DNA of 64,000 nt from an uncultured Chloroflexia bacterium (GCA_963831715.1 CAWHRB010000001.1:640306-704305); one strand, 5' to 3'. Counted from the stretch's first letter, positions 1-10,719 are shown. Numbers and translations are program-made. Notes: generated by a model from the letters alone, not told the origin.

Positions 1-78
1 GACCAGCTCGGGTTCTGGGAGCGCTACGGCTACAACAACGACGCCGATCCCTGGAAGGAAGAACGCTTCAGCGATTAG
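1..78 (+). CDS. C-terminal fragment of unknown protein (…FWERYGYNNDADPWKEERFSD*), 5' end outside window
   Basis: Open frame from window edge to TAG at 76-78; no homology recognised. Confidence 0.3.
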   Translation, partial: DQLGFWERYGYNNDADPWKEERFSD

Positions 79-99
79 GCGACACGTCGTCGGGGCTTG

Positions 100-879
100 T
101 CAGCTCCGGCGGGCGCCACCGATCGTCGCCGGATCCGGCGTGAAGTAGCGCATTCGGCGTCCGAGCAGGAGCACCTCGCGCTCGAGCAGTGCGACCAGCC
201 CCTCGAGGCGCTCGACGGTCGTGCGCGCCTCGAGCAACGCCTGGCGGCGCGGCAGCTCGACCTGGACGATGCCGGACAGCAGGTACGACAGGACCGTCGG
301 ATCGTCGGGGATGTCCAGGTCGTGGCGGCTGGGCTTGTCGGTCTCGGTCATCAGCTGGGGCTCGGCCGTCGCGAGCGGGTCGGCGTCGGGGTCTGGCTCG
401 CCGACCGTGGCTTCGATCTCGACTCGGATGTCGAGGAGCTCCGATGACTCGCCGTCCCGTGCGCGCATCAGGTCGAGGTAGCGGACGAAGCGACGGATGG
501 CACGTGCAGCCAACCGCTCGGCGCGCAGCTCGTCGCCGACCTCGTCGTCGAGTGGCGTGACGTCGGCCACCAGGTAGGGCTCGCGCTGAGCGTCGACGGA
601 CTCGATCGCGAACCGGCCCGTTGCCGCGGCCAGCAGGTCGAACCGCCCGTCCGGGTAGCGGCCGGCTTCGCGGATCTCGGCGAAGGCGCCGACCCCGGCG
701 AGCGTCGCGACGCCCTTGGTGCCGACCTCACGACCGTCACGGATCAGGACGACGCCGAACGGCTGGCCCGTATCGAGGCAGTGCTGGGTCATCGCCTGGT
801 AGCGGTCCTCGAAGATATGGAGCGGCAGGACGATGCCGGGGCAGAGGACCTGGTGCAGCGGGAAGAGCGGGATCTCCAT
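100..879 (-). CDS. LON N-terminal (substrate-binding) domain protein
   Basis: PLFPLHQVLCPGIVLPLHIFEDRY motif typical of Lon protease N-domain; 259 aa ORF. Confidence 0.6.
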   Translation of the reverse strand: MEIPLFPLHQVLCPGIVLPLHIFEDRYQAMTQHCLDTGQPFGVVLIRDGREVGTKGVATLAGVGAFAEIREAGRYPDGRFDLLAAATGRFAIESVDAQREPYLVADVTPLDDEVGDELRAERLAARAIRRFVRYLDLMRARDGESSELLDIRVEIEATVGEPDPDADPLATAEPQLMTETDKPSRHDLDIPDDPTVLSYLLSGIVQVELPRRQALLEARTTVERLEGLVALLEREVLLLGRRMRYFTPDPATIGGARRS

Positions 880-891
880 CGCCGCCCGAGT

Positions 892-2493
892 CTATCCGGG
901 TTCCGGCCCGAGGGCCGTTCGGCCCACGGCGGGCTTGCGGAACGACAGTCGACGGCGCGCCGCGCCCTCGGCGAGGCGTCCGGTGGCGGCCTCGTTGTCG
1001 ATGACGTCGTCGGGGCTGAACAGGTGGTAGCGGCCCTTGCCCTGTGCCTTGGCGCGGTACATCGCGATGTCGGCCTGCCCCATCAGGGCGTCCGCCCCGG
1101 TCGTGCCGTGCGTGTCCATCGCGACACCGATGCTCGCGCCGGCGGCGACGACTTCACCGGCGATCTCGATCGGCCGCTCCAGCGACGCGATCAGCCGCGA
1201 CGCCGTATCGACGGCCTGGGTCACGTCCCCGACCTCGGTGAGCAACACGCCGAACTCATCACCGCCCAGGCGTGCGGCGACATCGGTCGGCCGGACGCCG
1301 CTCCTGATCCGGTCGGCGACGGCCGCCAGGAGATCGTCACCGGCCGCATGGCCGAGGCCGTCGTTGACGGTCTTGAAGTCGTCGAGGTCGAGGAACAGCA
1401 CCGCGAGTGAGCCGGGCGCCTTGCGCGACGCGAGTGCCGCGGTGGTCGCCTCGACGAACCGGCGACGGTTGGCGAGCTCGGTCAAGGGGTCGTGGTAGGC
1501 CTGGTACGTCAGCCGGGCCTCGAGCACGCGGCGCGCTGCAACGTCGCGCTCGAGCAGACCCACGAGACCGGCCAGTCGCATCAGCACGAGCAACGAGAGC
1601 AGCGCCGTGCCGGCCGCCACGATAACGAGCGTGCCGTCGCCCTGGGGACCAAGGGTGACGAGGAACGGTCCGGTGATCATGGCCACCGCGAGGCAGACCA
1701 GGCGCACGGGTCCCAGCCACGTGACGACGACCGGGTGCGGATCGGTGAGGCGGCGCATCGATGGATGCAGCGCAGCGGCGCCGAACAGCAGGTAGGCCAC
1801 GAGATAGAGGGAGTCGATCCAGCCGCCGCTGACGTACGACCCCTCGAGAGTCTGGAGCGCGTAGATCTGGTCGGCGACCAGCAAGAGCACGAGGCTGGCG
1901 CCGAGCAGTCGGAACGAGACGGTCCGGGCACCCGGCGTGGTCAGCAGGCCCATCGCCACACCGATGAGGAGCAGGTCCGCGAGCGGATAGGCGAGGCTGA
2001 TAGCGAGGCTGAGCGGGTCGAGATCGGTCGCCACGACCTGCGGCTGGATCAGGAAGGTCCACGACAGGATCGCTGCGGCGGTCGTGAGGATCGCGGCGTC
2101 GACGAGTCCACCGCGGTCGCCACCGGCCAGCCGTCGCCGGATCAGCAGCAACAGGCCAAGCGCGATGAAGGGGTAGCCGGCGAGGTACAGGACGTCGGCG
2201 ATCGATGGGAACGGATCCTCGCCGATGATCTCGAACCAGTTCCACACGAGATCGCCGGCCACGAACAGGGCCTGTCCGAAGGCCATGAGGAGCCACGGGG
2301 ACATCCGCTCCGGCCGGTGGCGGCGGACGCCAAGGAGGGCCATGCCGATCGCGGAGGCGCCGATCGCGTCGTACAGGAAGCTCTGGGGGAGCGACCCGGT
2401 CTCGAGCAGCGCGTGCACGACCAGCGCGAACACGCCGGCAGCGAGGTACGCCACCCATGTCGGGATGCGCGGGGAGGAACGCCGGTCGGTCAT
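892..2493 (-). CDS. Membrane-anchored diguanylate cyclase (multi-TM N-terminus + GGDEF domain)
   Basis: C-terminal HDPLTELANRR…LFLDLDDFKTVND…RLGGDEFGVLL (GGDEF); hydrophobic N-terminal half; start set at internal ATG (MTDRRSSPRIP) ~2493. Confidence 0.8.
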   Translation of the reverse strand: MTDRRSSPRIPTWVAYLAAGVFALVVHALLETGSLPQSFLYDAIGASAIGMALLGVRRHRPERMSPWLLMAFGQALFVAGDLVWNWFEIIGEDPFPSIADVLYLAGYPFIALGLLLLIRRRLAGGDRGGLVDAAILTTAAAILSWTFLIQPQVVATDLDPLSLAISLAYPLADLLLIGVAMGLLTTPGARTVSFRLLGASLVLLLVADQIYALQTLEGSYVSGGWIDSLYLVAYLLFGAAALHPSMRRLTDPHPVVVTWLGPVRLVCLAVAMITGPFLVTLGPQGDGTLVIVAAGTALLSLLVLMRLAGLVGLLERDVAARRVLEARLTYQAYHDPLTELANRRRFVEATTAALASRKAPGSLAVLFLDLDDFKTVNDGLGHAAGDDLLAAVADRIRSGVRPTDVAARLGGDEFGVLLTEVGDVTQAVDTASRLIASLERPIEIAGEVVAAGASIGVAMDTHGTTGADALMGQADIAMYRAKAQGKGRYHLFSPDDVIDNEAATGRLAEGAARRRLSFRKPAVGRTALGPEPG

Positions 2494-2650
2494 CGGTTCG
2501 GTGGACAGTGTCGGTACCGTCGTCCGTTGTGCCCATGACCCGACCGTACCTCCCACGATGGGACGCCCGGCCGAACTCGCCCCCCAGGAACGACGAAGCC
2601 GCCGGTCGCCCGGCGGCGTTCGTTCAGCTGGTCAACGCCTCAAACGATGG

Positions 2651-3058
2651 TCAGTGCGCGCACCCGCGCGGTGCACCCTCATCGTCGGCGGTCCGGAAGC
2701 TGGAGCCGCAGCCGCACGCTGCGACCGCGTTGGGATTGTTCACGGTGAAGCCCGCGCCCATCAGGGTGTCGACGTAGTCGATCTGCGAGCCCTGCAGCAA
2801 CGAGATGCTCTGCCCGTCGACATAGACCTTGATCCCGCTCACGTCGAGGACGTTGTCCTCGGGTGTGGGCGCGTCCTCCAGCATCATCCCGTAGCGGAAA
2901 CCGGAACAGCCGCCGGAGTACACGTACACGCGCAACCCGATGTCGGGATTGGTCTCTTCCTTCGTCAGCTCGCTGAGCTTGGCGACCGCGGCGTCGGAGA
3001 GGGACACGACCGTGCCCGGAAGGGTCGGCTCGATGACCGTGGGCTGCTGGTCGATCAT
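2651..3058 (-). CDS. HesB/IscA-family iron-sulfur cluster insertion protein
   Basis: …GGCSGFRYGMML…C-terminal CGCGSSF motif of A-type carriers; start at MIDQQP inside longer ORF. Confidence 0.8.
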   Translation of the reverse strand: MIDQQPTVIEPTLPGTVVSLSDAAVAKLSELTKEETNPDIGLRVYVYSGGCSGFRYGMMLEDAPTPEDNVLDVSGIKVYVDGQSISLLQGSQIDYVDTLMGAGFTVNNPNAVAACGCGSSFRTADDEGAPRGCAH

Positions 3059-3198
3059 GTGTCGGTTCGTCCTCCTTGGACGGGGATGATTGCGTGATCT
3101 GCTCGTCGTTCCCGATGAGTGGGTCCATCGTACGCAGCGCAACGGGTTTCGACAAGTGCGGCGCCGAAATCCGATGGTCCTGCCGGGCGAGCGTGGCG

Positions 3199-4437
3199 TT
3201 ACGGGTCGATCCGTTCGACCACGGTGGCGATGCCCTGCCCTACCCCGATGCACATGGTCGCCAAGCCGTACCGGCCACTGGTCCGGCGCAGTTCGTGGGT
3301 GAGCATCGTGATCAGCCGCCCGCCGCTCATCCCGAGCGGATGGCCGAGCGCGATCGCGCCACCGTTGACGTTCACCTTCGCAGGATCGAGGCCGAGCTCG
3401 TCGATGCAGACGAGCGATTGCGAGGCGAACGCCTCGTTGAGCTCGATCAGGTCGAGGTCGTCGACGCCGATCCCGGCGCGCTCGAGGGCCTTGCGCGTGG
3501 CCGGGACCGGGCCGACGCCCATCACCGCCGGGTCGACGCCGGCGACCGCCGTCGACACGACGCGCGCCAGTGGCGGCAAGCCGAGTGCGCGGGCCCGCTC
3601 GGCCTCGACCAGCAACACGGCCGAGGCACCATCGTTGATCCCTGAGCTGTTGCCGGCGGTGACCGAGCCATCGACCGCGGACCCGCGGAACGCCGGGCGG
3701 AGCCGAGCGAGCGCCTCGAGCGAGCTGTCGGCGCGGGGATGCTCGTCCCGCTCGACGACGGTCACCTCGCCCTTCCGGCCGGCGACCTCCACCGGCACGA
3801 TCTGTTCATCGAATCGTCCGGCCTCGGCGGCCGCGACCGAGCGCCGATGGCTCTCGAGCGCGAACGCATCCTGGCGCTCGCGGCTGACGCCCCACCGCTC
3901 GGCGACGTTCTCGGCGGTCTCGCCCATCGAGTACGGGTAGTACATCTCGGCGAGCGTCGGGTTCACGAACCGCCACCCGAGCGTCGTGTCCTGGAGCTCG
4001 CGCGGCCCGCGGTCCCAGGCCGCGTCGGCCTTGGCCATCACATACGGCGCACGCGTCATCGATTCGACGCCGCCTCCGATGAACACGTTGCCATCACCGA
4101 CGGCGATCGCATGGGCCGCCGAGTTGATCGCCTGTAGGCCCGAGCCGCACAGCCGGTTGACGGTCTGTCCGGCGACCTCGATCGGCAGCCCGGCGAGCAG
4201 CGACGCCATCCGGGCGACGTTGCGGTTGTCCTCGCCCGCCTGGTTGGCACAACCGAGGATCACGTCCTCGATGAGCGTCGGGTCGATGCCGGAACGATCG
4301 ACGACGGCGCGCAGGGCGATGGCGGCAAGGTCGTCGGGTCGCACGCTCGCAAGCGCGCCGCCGTATCGCCCGATCGGCGTCCGGACGGCCTCGATGATCC
4401 ACGCCTCGCGGACGGGCCGCTGGGCATCACGCGTCAT
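3199..4437 (-). CDS. Acetyl-CoA C-acyltransferase (thiolase; PaaJ-like by context)
   Basis: Thiolase signatures ([12 protein letters not shown]-terminal [22 protein letters not shown]). Confidence 0.85.
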   Translation of the reverse strand: MTRDAQRPVREAWIIEAVRTPIGRYGGALASVRPDDLAAIALRAVVDRSGIDPTLIEDVILGCANQAGEDNRNVARMASLLAGLPIEVAGQTVNRLCGSGLQAINSAAHAIAVGDGNVFIGGGVESMTRAPYVMAKADAAWDRGPRELQDTTLGWRFVNPTLAEMYYPYSMGETAENVAERWGVSRERQDAFALESHRRSVAAAEAGRFDEQIVPVEVAGRKGEVTVVERDEHPRADSSLEALARLRPAFRGSAVDGSVTAGNSSGINDGASAVLLVEAERARALGLPPLARVVSTAVAGVDPAVMGVGPVPATRKALERAGIGVDDLDLIELNEAFASQSLVCIDELGLDPAKVNVNGGAIALGHPLGMSGGRLITMLTHELRRTSGRYGLATMCIGVGQGIATVVERIDP

Positions 4438-4470
4438 GCGACCGATCGTAGCGGCTCCACGGTCTGGTGG

Positions 4471-5536
4471 TCAGAACGTCGAGAGGAACCGCTCCGGGTA
4501 GGCGACGCCCAAGCGCAACGCGTTGATGATGTCGCCGCGGGGAGCGACCTCCTCGTCGAGCGCGAAGCGCACCTCGTCCAGGATGGCCGCCTCGATCCGC
4601 TGGCGGATCTCGTCGGAACCGAGCCCGCGAGCCGGGCCTTCGGCGAACTCCGCCTCGACCGGCCCGCGGCGGCCTTCGTCGTAGGCGTAGAACCCGCCGC
4701 CGGACTTGCGGCCCAGACGACCGGCGGCGACCAACCGCTCCTGGATCGGCGATGGCCGGAGCCGATCCGGACGGCCGAGACCCTCCCACACCCCCCGCGC
4801 CGCGGCGAGGTTGACGTCGAGACCCGCCAGATCCATGACTTCGAACGGCCCCATCGGGAACCCCGCGGCGCGCATCGCCTCGTCGATCGCGAGGACGCTT
4901 GCCGCGCCGTCTTCGAGGATCCGCAGCGCCTCGATCGTGAACGGCCGATTGACGCGGTTGACGATGAACCCCGGCCGGTCAGCGCTCCGGATCGGCGTCT
5001 TGCCCCACTCCCGGACCATCGCCTCGGCGGCAGACGCGGTCGCCGCCGACGTCTTTGCCCCGGGCACGACTTCCACGAGTGGCATCAACGGCACGGGATT
5101 GAAGAAGTGCAGCCCGACCACGCGTTCGGCGTGCACGGCCGGATCGGCGATGTCCGTGATCGACAACGCGCTCGTGTTGCTCGCCAGGATGACGTCGGGC
5201 GCGGCCTCGGCATCGAGCGCCCGGAAGATCGTCCGCTTGAGCTCGAGGTCTTCCAGCGCCGCCTCGACGATCAGCGCCGCTTCGGTCGCGAGCCCGTCGA
5301 GGAGGTGAGCATGGCGCAGCATGGCCATGCGCCCATCCGCCCACTCGTCGATCGAGTCCGCATCGAGGTCGAGCTTGGCGGCTCGCCGCGAGAGGCCATC
5401 CCGGATCCGCGCGGACGCCCGTTCGATCGCGTCCTCGTCGACGTCGTGGAGGAGGACCTCCCAGCCGGCTTCGAGGGCGACCTGGCCGATGCCGGCGCCC
5501 ATCACGCCGGCCCCGATGATCCCGACGATGGTCACA
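4471..5536 (-). CDS. 3-hydroxyacyl-CoA dehydrogenase (PaaH-like)
   Basis: VTIVGIIGAGVMGAGIG Rossmann N-terminus, HFFNPVPLMPLVEVV; GTG start overlaps paaD stop (GTGA). Confidence 0.8.
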
Positions 5537-5996
5537 CCGACTTCAGCGCCTCGAACGGCTGGCGGCAGCCGCGGCAGTAGAACAGCGACCGGCACTGCGT
5601 CGGGCCGAACGCGCTGTCCATCACGACCTCGGCGCTGTCGCAGAACGGGCAGCGCATCCGGCTGGGGTCGTCCGGCGGCGCGATCCCGGCCCCCCGGAGA
5701 GCGGCCCGGCCGGCGACCGAGATCCGCTCCGACGTCCACGGCACCTCGAACGTGGTCTCGACCCGGACTGAACGCCCGAAGCGCTCCGACAGGCGGTCGG
5801 CGATCGAGCTGCGGATCAGGTCCAGTGCCGGGCAACCGACGAACGTGGGCAGGATCGCGACGTCGATCGCGTCGGGACCCACGGCGACCCGATGCACGAT
5901 GCCGAGGTCGAGGACGGACAGCACCGGGATCTCCGGGTCGGGCACGGTGGCGAGCACCGCGCGGACATCCGCCTCGGTCGGTCCGGTGCCGATCAC
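5532..5996 (-). CDS. paaD: 1,2-phenylacetyl-CoA epoxidase subunit D
   Basis: DUF59-type domain PDPEIPVLSVLDLGIV plus C-terminal CPFC…CRGC zinc ribbon; GTG start overlapping paaC TGA. Confidence 0.75.
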   Translation of the reverse strand: MIGTGPTEADVRAVLATVPDPEIPVLSVLDLGIVHRVAVGPDAIDVAILPTFVGCPALDLIRSSIADRLSERFGRSVRVETTFEVPWTSERISVAGRAALRGAGIAPPDDPSRMRCPFCDSAEVVMDSAFGPTQCRSLFYCRGCRQPFEALKSV

Positions 5997-6757
5997 CACG
6001 TGGCCGCCGGATCGCTGCGGCGCACCGCGGTGAACTCGCCCCACAACCAGCGGAACGGTTCGCCGTGTTGGGTCCGGCCGAGCCACGGATCGACGGTCGC
6101 TGGGGCGAGTGGGAGTCCGAGTCGCACGAACACGGGCTCGACCCGCGCCCGCCACGTGCGCTCGAGCTCGTCCATCGGTCGGGCGAGCACGCCGGCCTCG
6201 ACGAGCGCGCCTTCCGCATGCAAGGGCGTGAACACAGTCCCGGCATGGGGTCCGAGCGTCTCGAGCGCGACCACAAGGCGCGCGCGCGGCTCGCCGTCCG
6301 CGGCAGCCAGGCGCTCCAGCCACGAACCGATGTGCATCTCGTGATAGCGCTCCTCGCGACGGAGCTTGGCGACCAGGTCGGCCAACGGCGCCCAGGAACC
6401 GTCTGCGAGCGCCTCGAGTCGAACGGCGTCGGCCGTCTCGTACAGGTAGCGGCGCGCGATGGCCGTCGCCCAATCGCCGCGGCCGTGGTCAAGCAGGCGG
6501 GCGTGCCGGTACTCCTCGGGCTGGCGGTCGTAGGCGATCGCGTCGGCGTCTGTCCCGGTCAGCTCAGCCAGCAGCCCATACAGGGCCGCCGCGTGACCCA
6601 GCTCGTCCTGGGACAGCGAGCTCATCGCCACGTCCTCTTCGAGCAACGGCGCGATCCCGGTCCACTCGGAGTCGCTGAAACCGATGACGAACTCGTCGTC
6701 GGCCATGGTCAGCAGGAGCTCGTCCAGACCGACGATGGCCGGCGTTGCCGTGCTCAT
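5993..6757 (-). CDS. paaC: 1,2-phenylacetyl-CoA epoxidase subunit C
   Basis: Ferritin-like PaaC sequence (MSTATPAIVGLDELLL…ELGHAAALYGLL…); true ATG ~6757 inside 420-aa ORF. Confidence 0.8.
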   Translation of the reverse strand: MSTATPAIVGLDELLLTMADDEFVIGFSDSEWTGIAPLLEEDVAMSSLSQDELGHAAALYGLLAELTGTDADAIAYDRQPEEYRHARLLDHGRGDWATAIARRYLYETADAVRLEALADGSWAPLADLVAKLRREERYHEMHIGSWLERLAAADGEPRARLVVALETLGPHAGTVFTPLHAEGALVEAGVLARPMDELERTWRARVEPVFVRLGLPLAPATVDPWLGRTQHGEPFRWLWGEFTAVRRSDPAATW

Positions 6758-7086
6758 CGGTCGCGCGCCTTCGGTTTGGCCTGGCCCGCGGCCTCGCGCG
6801 CGGCGGCCAGCTTGTCGCGCATCACATAGCCGCCGGGCTTCTTGAACGACCGGTCGAGCGGCGGCTGGAGCAGGTCCTGGTCCTCCAGATCGACGATATC
6901 GGCACGACGGACCACCCAGAGGCGGACGCTCTCTTGACGACGGCCGAACATCTCGCGGGCGTAATGGGTGGCGAGTTCCGCGTCGGGCGCCATGACGCTG
7001 CCACCGTGCTTCATCGGGTCGCCTTCCTTCTCCTGCCGGAAGACCTCCCAGGCTTCGATCTCGGGGCCGCCGGCCCTGTCCTTCAC
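6754..7086 (-). CDS. paaB: 1,2-phenylacetyl-CoA epoxidase subunit B
   Basis: WEVFRQEKEGDPMKHGGSV…LWVVRRADI matches PaaB family; GTG start overlaps paaA TGA. Confidence 0.75.
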   Translation of the reverse strand: MKDRAGGPEIEAWEVFRQEKEGDPMKHGGSVMAPDAELATHYAREMFGRRQESVRLWVVRRADIVDLEDQDLLQPPLDRSFKKPGGYVMRDKLAAAREAAGQAKPKARDR

Positions 7087-8081
7087 GCGACGGCGGCGGG
7101 CACGCCCAGGATCCCCTCGCGCACCCACCTCGTCTCCTCGCGGACTTGCCGGCGGAACTCGAGCCGCGCCTCGGACATGGGTCCGTGGTTGGTGACCACC
7201 GTTCGGAGCTCGTTCCAGTCCGGCTCGGTGTAGCGCCACTCCCCGGCCTCGTCATCGAACCGAAGCTCGGGATCCGGGATGACGAGCCCGAGCTCGCGGA
7301 TACGCGGCACGTAGATGGTCAAGAACTCCTGCCGCAGCTCTTCGGACGACTTGGCCTTGATGCGCCAGCGCAGGTCCATGTCCTTCTCGCGTGGTGACCG
7401 CGGGCCATGCATCTGCATCAGCGGTCCCCACCACCGGTCGAGTGCGTCCTGGATGGCGGCGCGCTGGCTTGGCGTGCCCGTGACCATCGTCACGACGACA
7501 TCCCGCCCGTGCATGATGTGGACCGACTCCTCCCAGCAGATCTTGCGCATCGTTCGTGCATACGGCGCGTAACTCGAGTCGCGCAGCGCCTGCTGGGCGA
7601 CGATCGCCGCCGCATCGACGAGCCAGGCGATCATCCCCACGTCGGCCCAGCCGACGGTCGGGTAGTGGAAGACGTTGTGGAACTTCGTCTTGCCGGCCAG
7701 GAGGTCGTCGAACATCGCCTCGCGCGGCTTGCCCAGGTCCTCCGCGATCCGGTAGAGCAGCTGGGCGTGGCCGACCTCGTCCTGGACCTTGGCCGTCAAC
7801 GCGAGCTTGCGCCGCAGGGTCGGCGCGCGCATGAGCCACTCGCGCTCGGGGAGGACGCCCATCAGCTCGGAGTTGGCATGCATCTCGACGAACCGGAGGA
7901 CGGCCGTGCGGTACTCATCGGGCATCGCGTCGACCGCCTCGACCTTGCCGCCCTTCATCACGTGCGCCTCGAACCGCTCGAACCACGCGTCGTAGGCCTC
8001 GTCGTGGGCACGGACCGGCGCGCCTCCGACCGACCGTTCGGACGGCGACAGGACCGGATCGAGCGCGAGCGGGTCGGTCAT
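7083..8081 (-). CDS. paaA: 1,2-phenylacetyl-CoA epoxidase catalytic subunit A
   Basis: 332 aa di-iron oxygenase PaaA sequence (…MHANSELMGVLPEREWL…QDEVGHAQLLYR…). Confidence 0.9.
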   Translation of the reverse strand: MTDPLALDPVLSPSERSVGGAPVRAHDEAYDAWFERFEAHVMKGGKVEAVDAMPDEYRTAVLRFVEMHANSELMGVLPEREWLMRAPTLRRKLALTAKVQDEVGHAQLLYRIAEDLGKPREAMFDDLLAGKTKFHNVFHYPTVGWADVGMIAWLVDAAAIVAQQALRDSSYAPYARTMRKICWEESVHIMHGRDVVVTMVTGTPSQRAAIQDALDRWWGPLMQMHGPRSPREKDMDLRWRIKAKSSEELRQEFLTIYVPRIRELGLVIPDPELRFDDEAGEWRYTEPDWNELRTVVTNHGPMSEARLEFRRQVREETRWVREGILGVPAAVA

Positions 8082-8168
8082 GGCATCAGCCTACGCCCAT
8101 GCGCCTGTGTCGTCAGACGACCGGAACGCGGTCTCGGCGTCACCGTCCGTTCTCGAGGAAATTGACGA

Positions 8169-8193
8169 ACCGCGTGTCGCATCGTCACGCGGT
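8169..8193 (-). terminator. Hairpin ACCGCGTG-N9-CACGCGGT immediately 3' of paaG stop, followed by U-rich tract on the minus strand (terminator/attenuator or operator between paaG and paaA)
   Basis: Perfect 8-bp inverted repeat seen in sequence; second IR GTCGTC-A-GACGAC at ~8109-8121. Confidence 0.3.
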
Positions 8194-8195
8194 CC

Positions 8196-8976
8196 TCACT
8201 CGCCGGTGAAGCGTGGCGGGCGCTTGGCCCGGAACGCTGCCAGTCCTTCGGCGTGGTCGGCCGAGGCGCCGGCGATGCCCTGGAGTTTGGCTTCGCCCTC
8301 GAGGGCCTCGTCGAGATCGATCGACAGCGAGCGCTGCATGGCACCCTTTGTGAGCGACTGTGCGAGCGGGGCAGCCGCCGCGAGGCGGTCCGCCAGCGCC
8401 CGCGCTTCCGTCAGCAGCTGGTCGGCCGGCACGACCCGCGAGACCAGCCCGAGACGGAGGGCCTCCGCGGCGTCGACGGGATCACCGACGAGTGCCAACT
8501 CGGTCGCCTTCGCCGGCCCCACCAGCCGCGGCAGGAACCAGGTCGCGCCGCTGTCGGGAACGAGCCCGATCCGCCCGAATGCGAGCACGAACCGCGCGTC
8601 CTCCGCGGCGATGCGCAGGTCGCAGGCGAAGGCGAGCGACGCACCGGCGCCGGCGGCCACCCCGTTGACCGCCGCGATCACCGGCTGGCCCATCGACCGC
8701 AGCGCCCGGATGATGGGGTTGTACCGCTCGCGGACCTCGACATCGAGGGGAGCGGCGTCGGGCTCACTCTCGCTCGGCAAGATCCTGGCCGGCACAGAAC
8801 GCCCGACCGGCACCGGTCAGGATCACGGCACGAACGGAGCGATCCGCTGCGAGTGACTCCAACGCCTCCCGAAGCGCGACCTTGACCGGCACGGTCAACG
8901 CATTCAGCGCTTCTGGCCGGTCCAGCGTGAGCGTCGCGACCGGCCCGTCGACCTCGTGGCGCAGGCCTTCGGTCAC
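8196..8976 (-). pseudogene. Enoyl-CoA hydratase (PaaG-like crotonase), single-nt frameshift near 8768
   Basis: N-terminal (…LTGAGRAFCAGQDLAERE*) and C-terminal (…YNPIIRALRSMGQPVIAAVNGVAAGAG…) halves in different frames; may be sequencing error. Confidence 0.6.
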
Positions 8977-8992
8977 CGGGTGACGCGGCCGA

Positions 8993-9781
8993 TCAGGTGA
9001 ACTCGACCAGCCGGCCGTCGACCAGCTCGAACAGCCGTCGATCGACAGGCTCGTCCGCGCCGCCCGACTGCTCGATCGCGAACTCGCTGAACATCGCGGC
9101 GAAGCCGGCGTCATCGGGTCGCAGGGACGCCGCGGCGAGGACATGACGCTCGGGGATGGCGACGAGGACGCGCCCGTCGCCGCCCAGCTCACGCGTCAGA
9201 TGATCGATCGTCTCGGGCAGCAGGATGCGGACGGCGTCGAGGCCCTCACCCGTGTCCGAGCTGATCAGCCGCCGATCGCCGTCTCGCTCGTCGGTCCACG
9301 GGGCGTTCGCCGCCCATGCCCCGAGGTTGGCCATCGCGGCATCCTGCAGCTCGCTCGGCTCGATGCCCCACGACAGCAGGTGGTCGCCGTTCACGACGAT
9401 ATCGAACCCGTCGGCCGGCAGTGTGTACACGACCGGGATCCCGGCCGGACCCATGTCGAGCAGCGGCTGGGAATGGCTCTGCATCGAATGCTGCGCGAGC
9501 GAGTCGCGATCGATGGACTCGATCGGGAGGCCGGCCGTCCCGACCGGGCGGAACGCCGGTCGAACGAGCGGGCCCGCCAGGCCCCAGTCGTGCTCCGGCG
9601 CGTCGATCGCCGAGCCCGCCGACTCGGGCGTCGGGACGTGACCGCTGACCGGCGACGTCTCGTCGATCGGCGAGAGGATGTCCGGCGGGGCATCCCGGAT
9701 CGCCGGTGGTGGCTCGTCGGAGAGGTCGCGGACGGAGTCGCGTCCCACGTCCGTTCCGCCCTCGTACGGGTCACGCTCCAT
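8993..9781 (-). CDS. Hypothetical protein (acidic disordered N-terminus, conserved C-terminal domain)
   Basis: 262-aa ORF with good coding character; no family recognised. Confidence 0.4.
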   Translation of the reverse strand: MERDPYEGGTDVGRDSVRDLSDEPPPAIRDAPPDILSPIDETSPVSGHVPTPESAGSAIDAPEHDWGLAGPLVRPAFRPVGTAGLPIESIDRDSLAQHSMQSHSQPLLDMGPAGIPVVYTLPADGFDIVVNGDHLLSWGIEPSELQDAAMANLGAWAANAPWTDERDGDRRLISSDTGEGLDAVRILLPETIDHLTRELGGDGRVLVAIPERHVLAAASLRPDDAGFAAMFSEFAIEQSGGADEPVDRRLFELVDGRLVEFT

Positions 9782-9814
9782 CGTCGTTGGTCCTCCCTCG
9801 ATGCCTGGGCTCGG

Positions 9815-10606
9815 TCATCTGCCGGTCCAGGTCGGTGGTCGTTTCTCCTGGAAGGCGAGCATCCCTTCGCGCTGGTCGTCGGTCGCAAAGAGGTCGAAGA
9901 ATGCCTCGCGTTCGGCACGAAGGCCAGCGCTCAGCGGCAATTCGGCCGCCGCAAGCACGGAACGCTTGGCGGCACGCACCGCGAGCGGCGGCATCGATGC
10001 GATGCGGTCGCCGAGCTCGAGCGCCGCTTCGACGACATCCCCCGCCGGCGCGACCGACGTCACGAGGCCGGCCGCATGGGCCTCCGCCGCGCCGATCGTC
10101 CGACCGGTCAGCACCAGCTCCATGGCGCGTGCCAGCCCGACGGCCCGGGTCAGTCGCTGGGTCCCGCCGGCGCCGGGCATGACCCCGATACGGATCTCCG
10201 GCTGACCGAACTGGGCGTCGTCGCCGGCGACGATGAGGTCGCATGTCATGGCCAGCTCGCAGCCACCACCGAGGGCGAATCCGCGGACGGCGGCGATGAG
10301 CGGGATGCCGATCGCCCCGAGCCTGTCCCACGCGTCGAAGTTGCCCTCGGATCGCAATCGCTCGGGCGTCTGGTCGGCCAGCTCGACGATGTCGGCCCCC
10401 GCCGCGAACGCCCGGTCGCCGGCTCCGGTGATGACCGCCACCCGCGTCCGCTCGTCCCGATCCAGTCGCTCGAGCTCGTCGGCCAGCTCGGCCAGCAGCG
10501 CGAAGCTCAATGCGTTGCGCGCCTCGGGTCGGTCGATCGTCGCGAGGGCCACGCCCGTGTGGCCCTCGACCGGAGCATCGACGCGGATGAAGCGGGTCGT
10601 CGGCAT
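9815..10606 (-). CDS. Enoyl-CoA hydratase/isomerase family protein
   Basis: Crotonase fold motifs (AVITGAGDRAFAAGADI, PLIAAVRGFALGGGCELAM). Confidence 0.85.
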   Translation of the reverse strand: MPTTRFIRVDAPVEGHTGVALATIDRPEARNALSFALLAELADELERLDRDERTRVAVITGAGDRAFAAGADIVELADQTPERLRSEGNFDAWDRLGAIGIPLIAAVRGFALGGGCELAMTCDLIVAGDDAQFGQPEIRIGVMPGAGGTQRLTRAVGLARAMELVLTGRTIGAAEAHAAGLVTSVAPAGDVVEAALELGDRIASMPPLAVRAAKRSVLAAAELPLSAGLRAEREAFFDLFATDDQREGMLAFQEKRPPTWTGR

Positions 10607-10719
10607 GGCGTCGGTCACGCGCACTCCTCGCGGCTCGTCGGGCAAGTATCCACGACGCGGGAAGTCGCCATCGGACGCCGCGACGGCCGTCGCCTCTGGA
10701 ACGGCCGCGGTCGTCTGTC

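Noticed and set aside
5993-7255. Long N-terminal extensions of tool ORFs, for example the 420-aa ORF containing paaC, the 673-aa ORF containing the 3-hydroxyacyl-CoA dehydrogenase, and the 373-aa ORF containing the hydrolase.
   Set aside because: Homology begins at internal starts, and the extensions overlap the upstream gene in another frame. The true genes are shorter.
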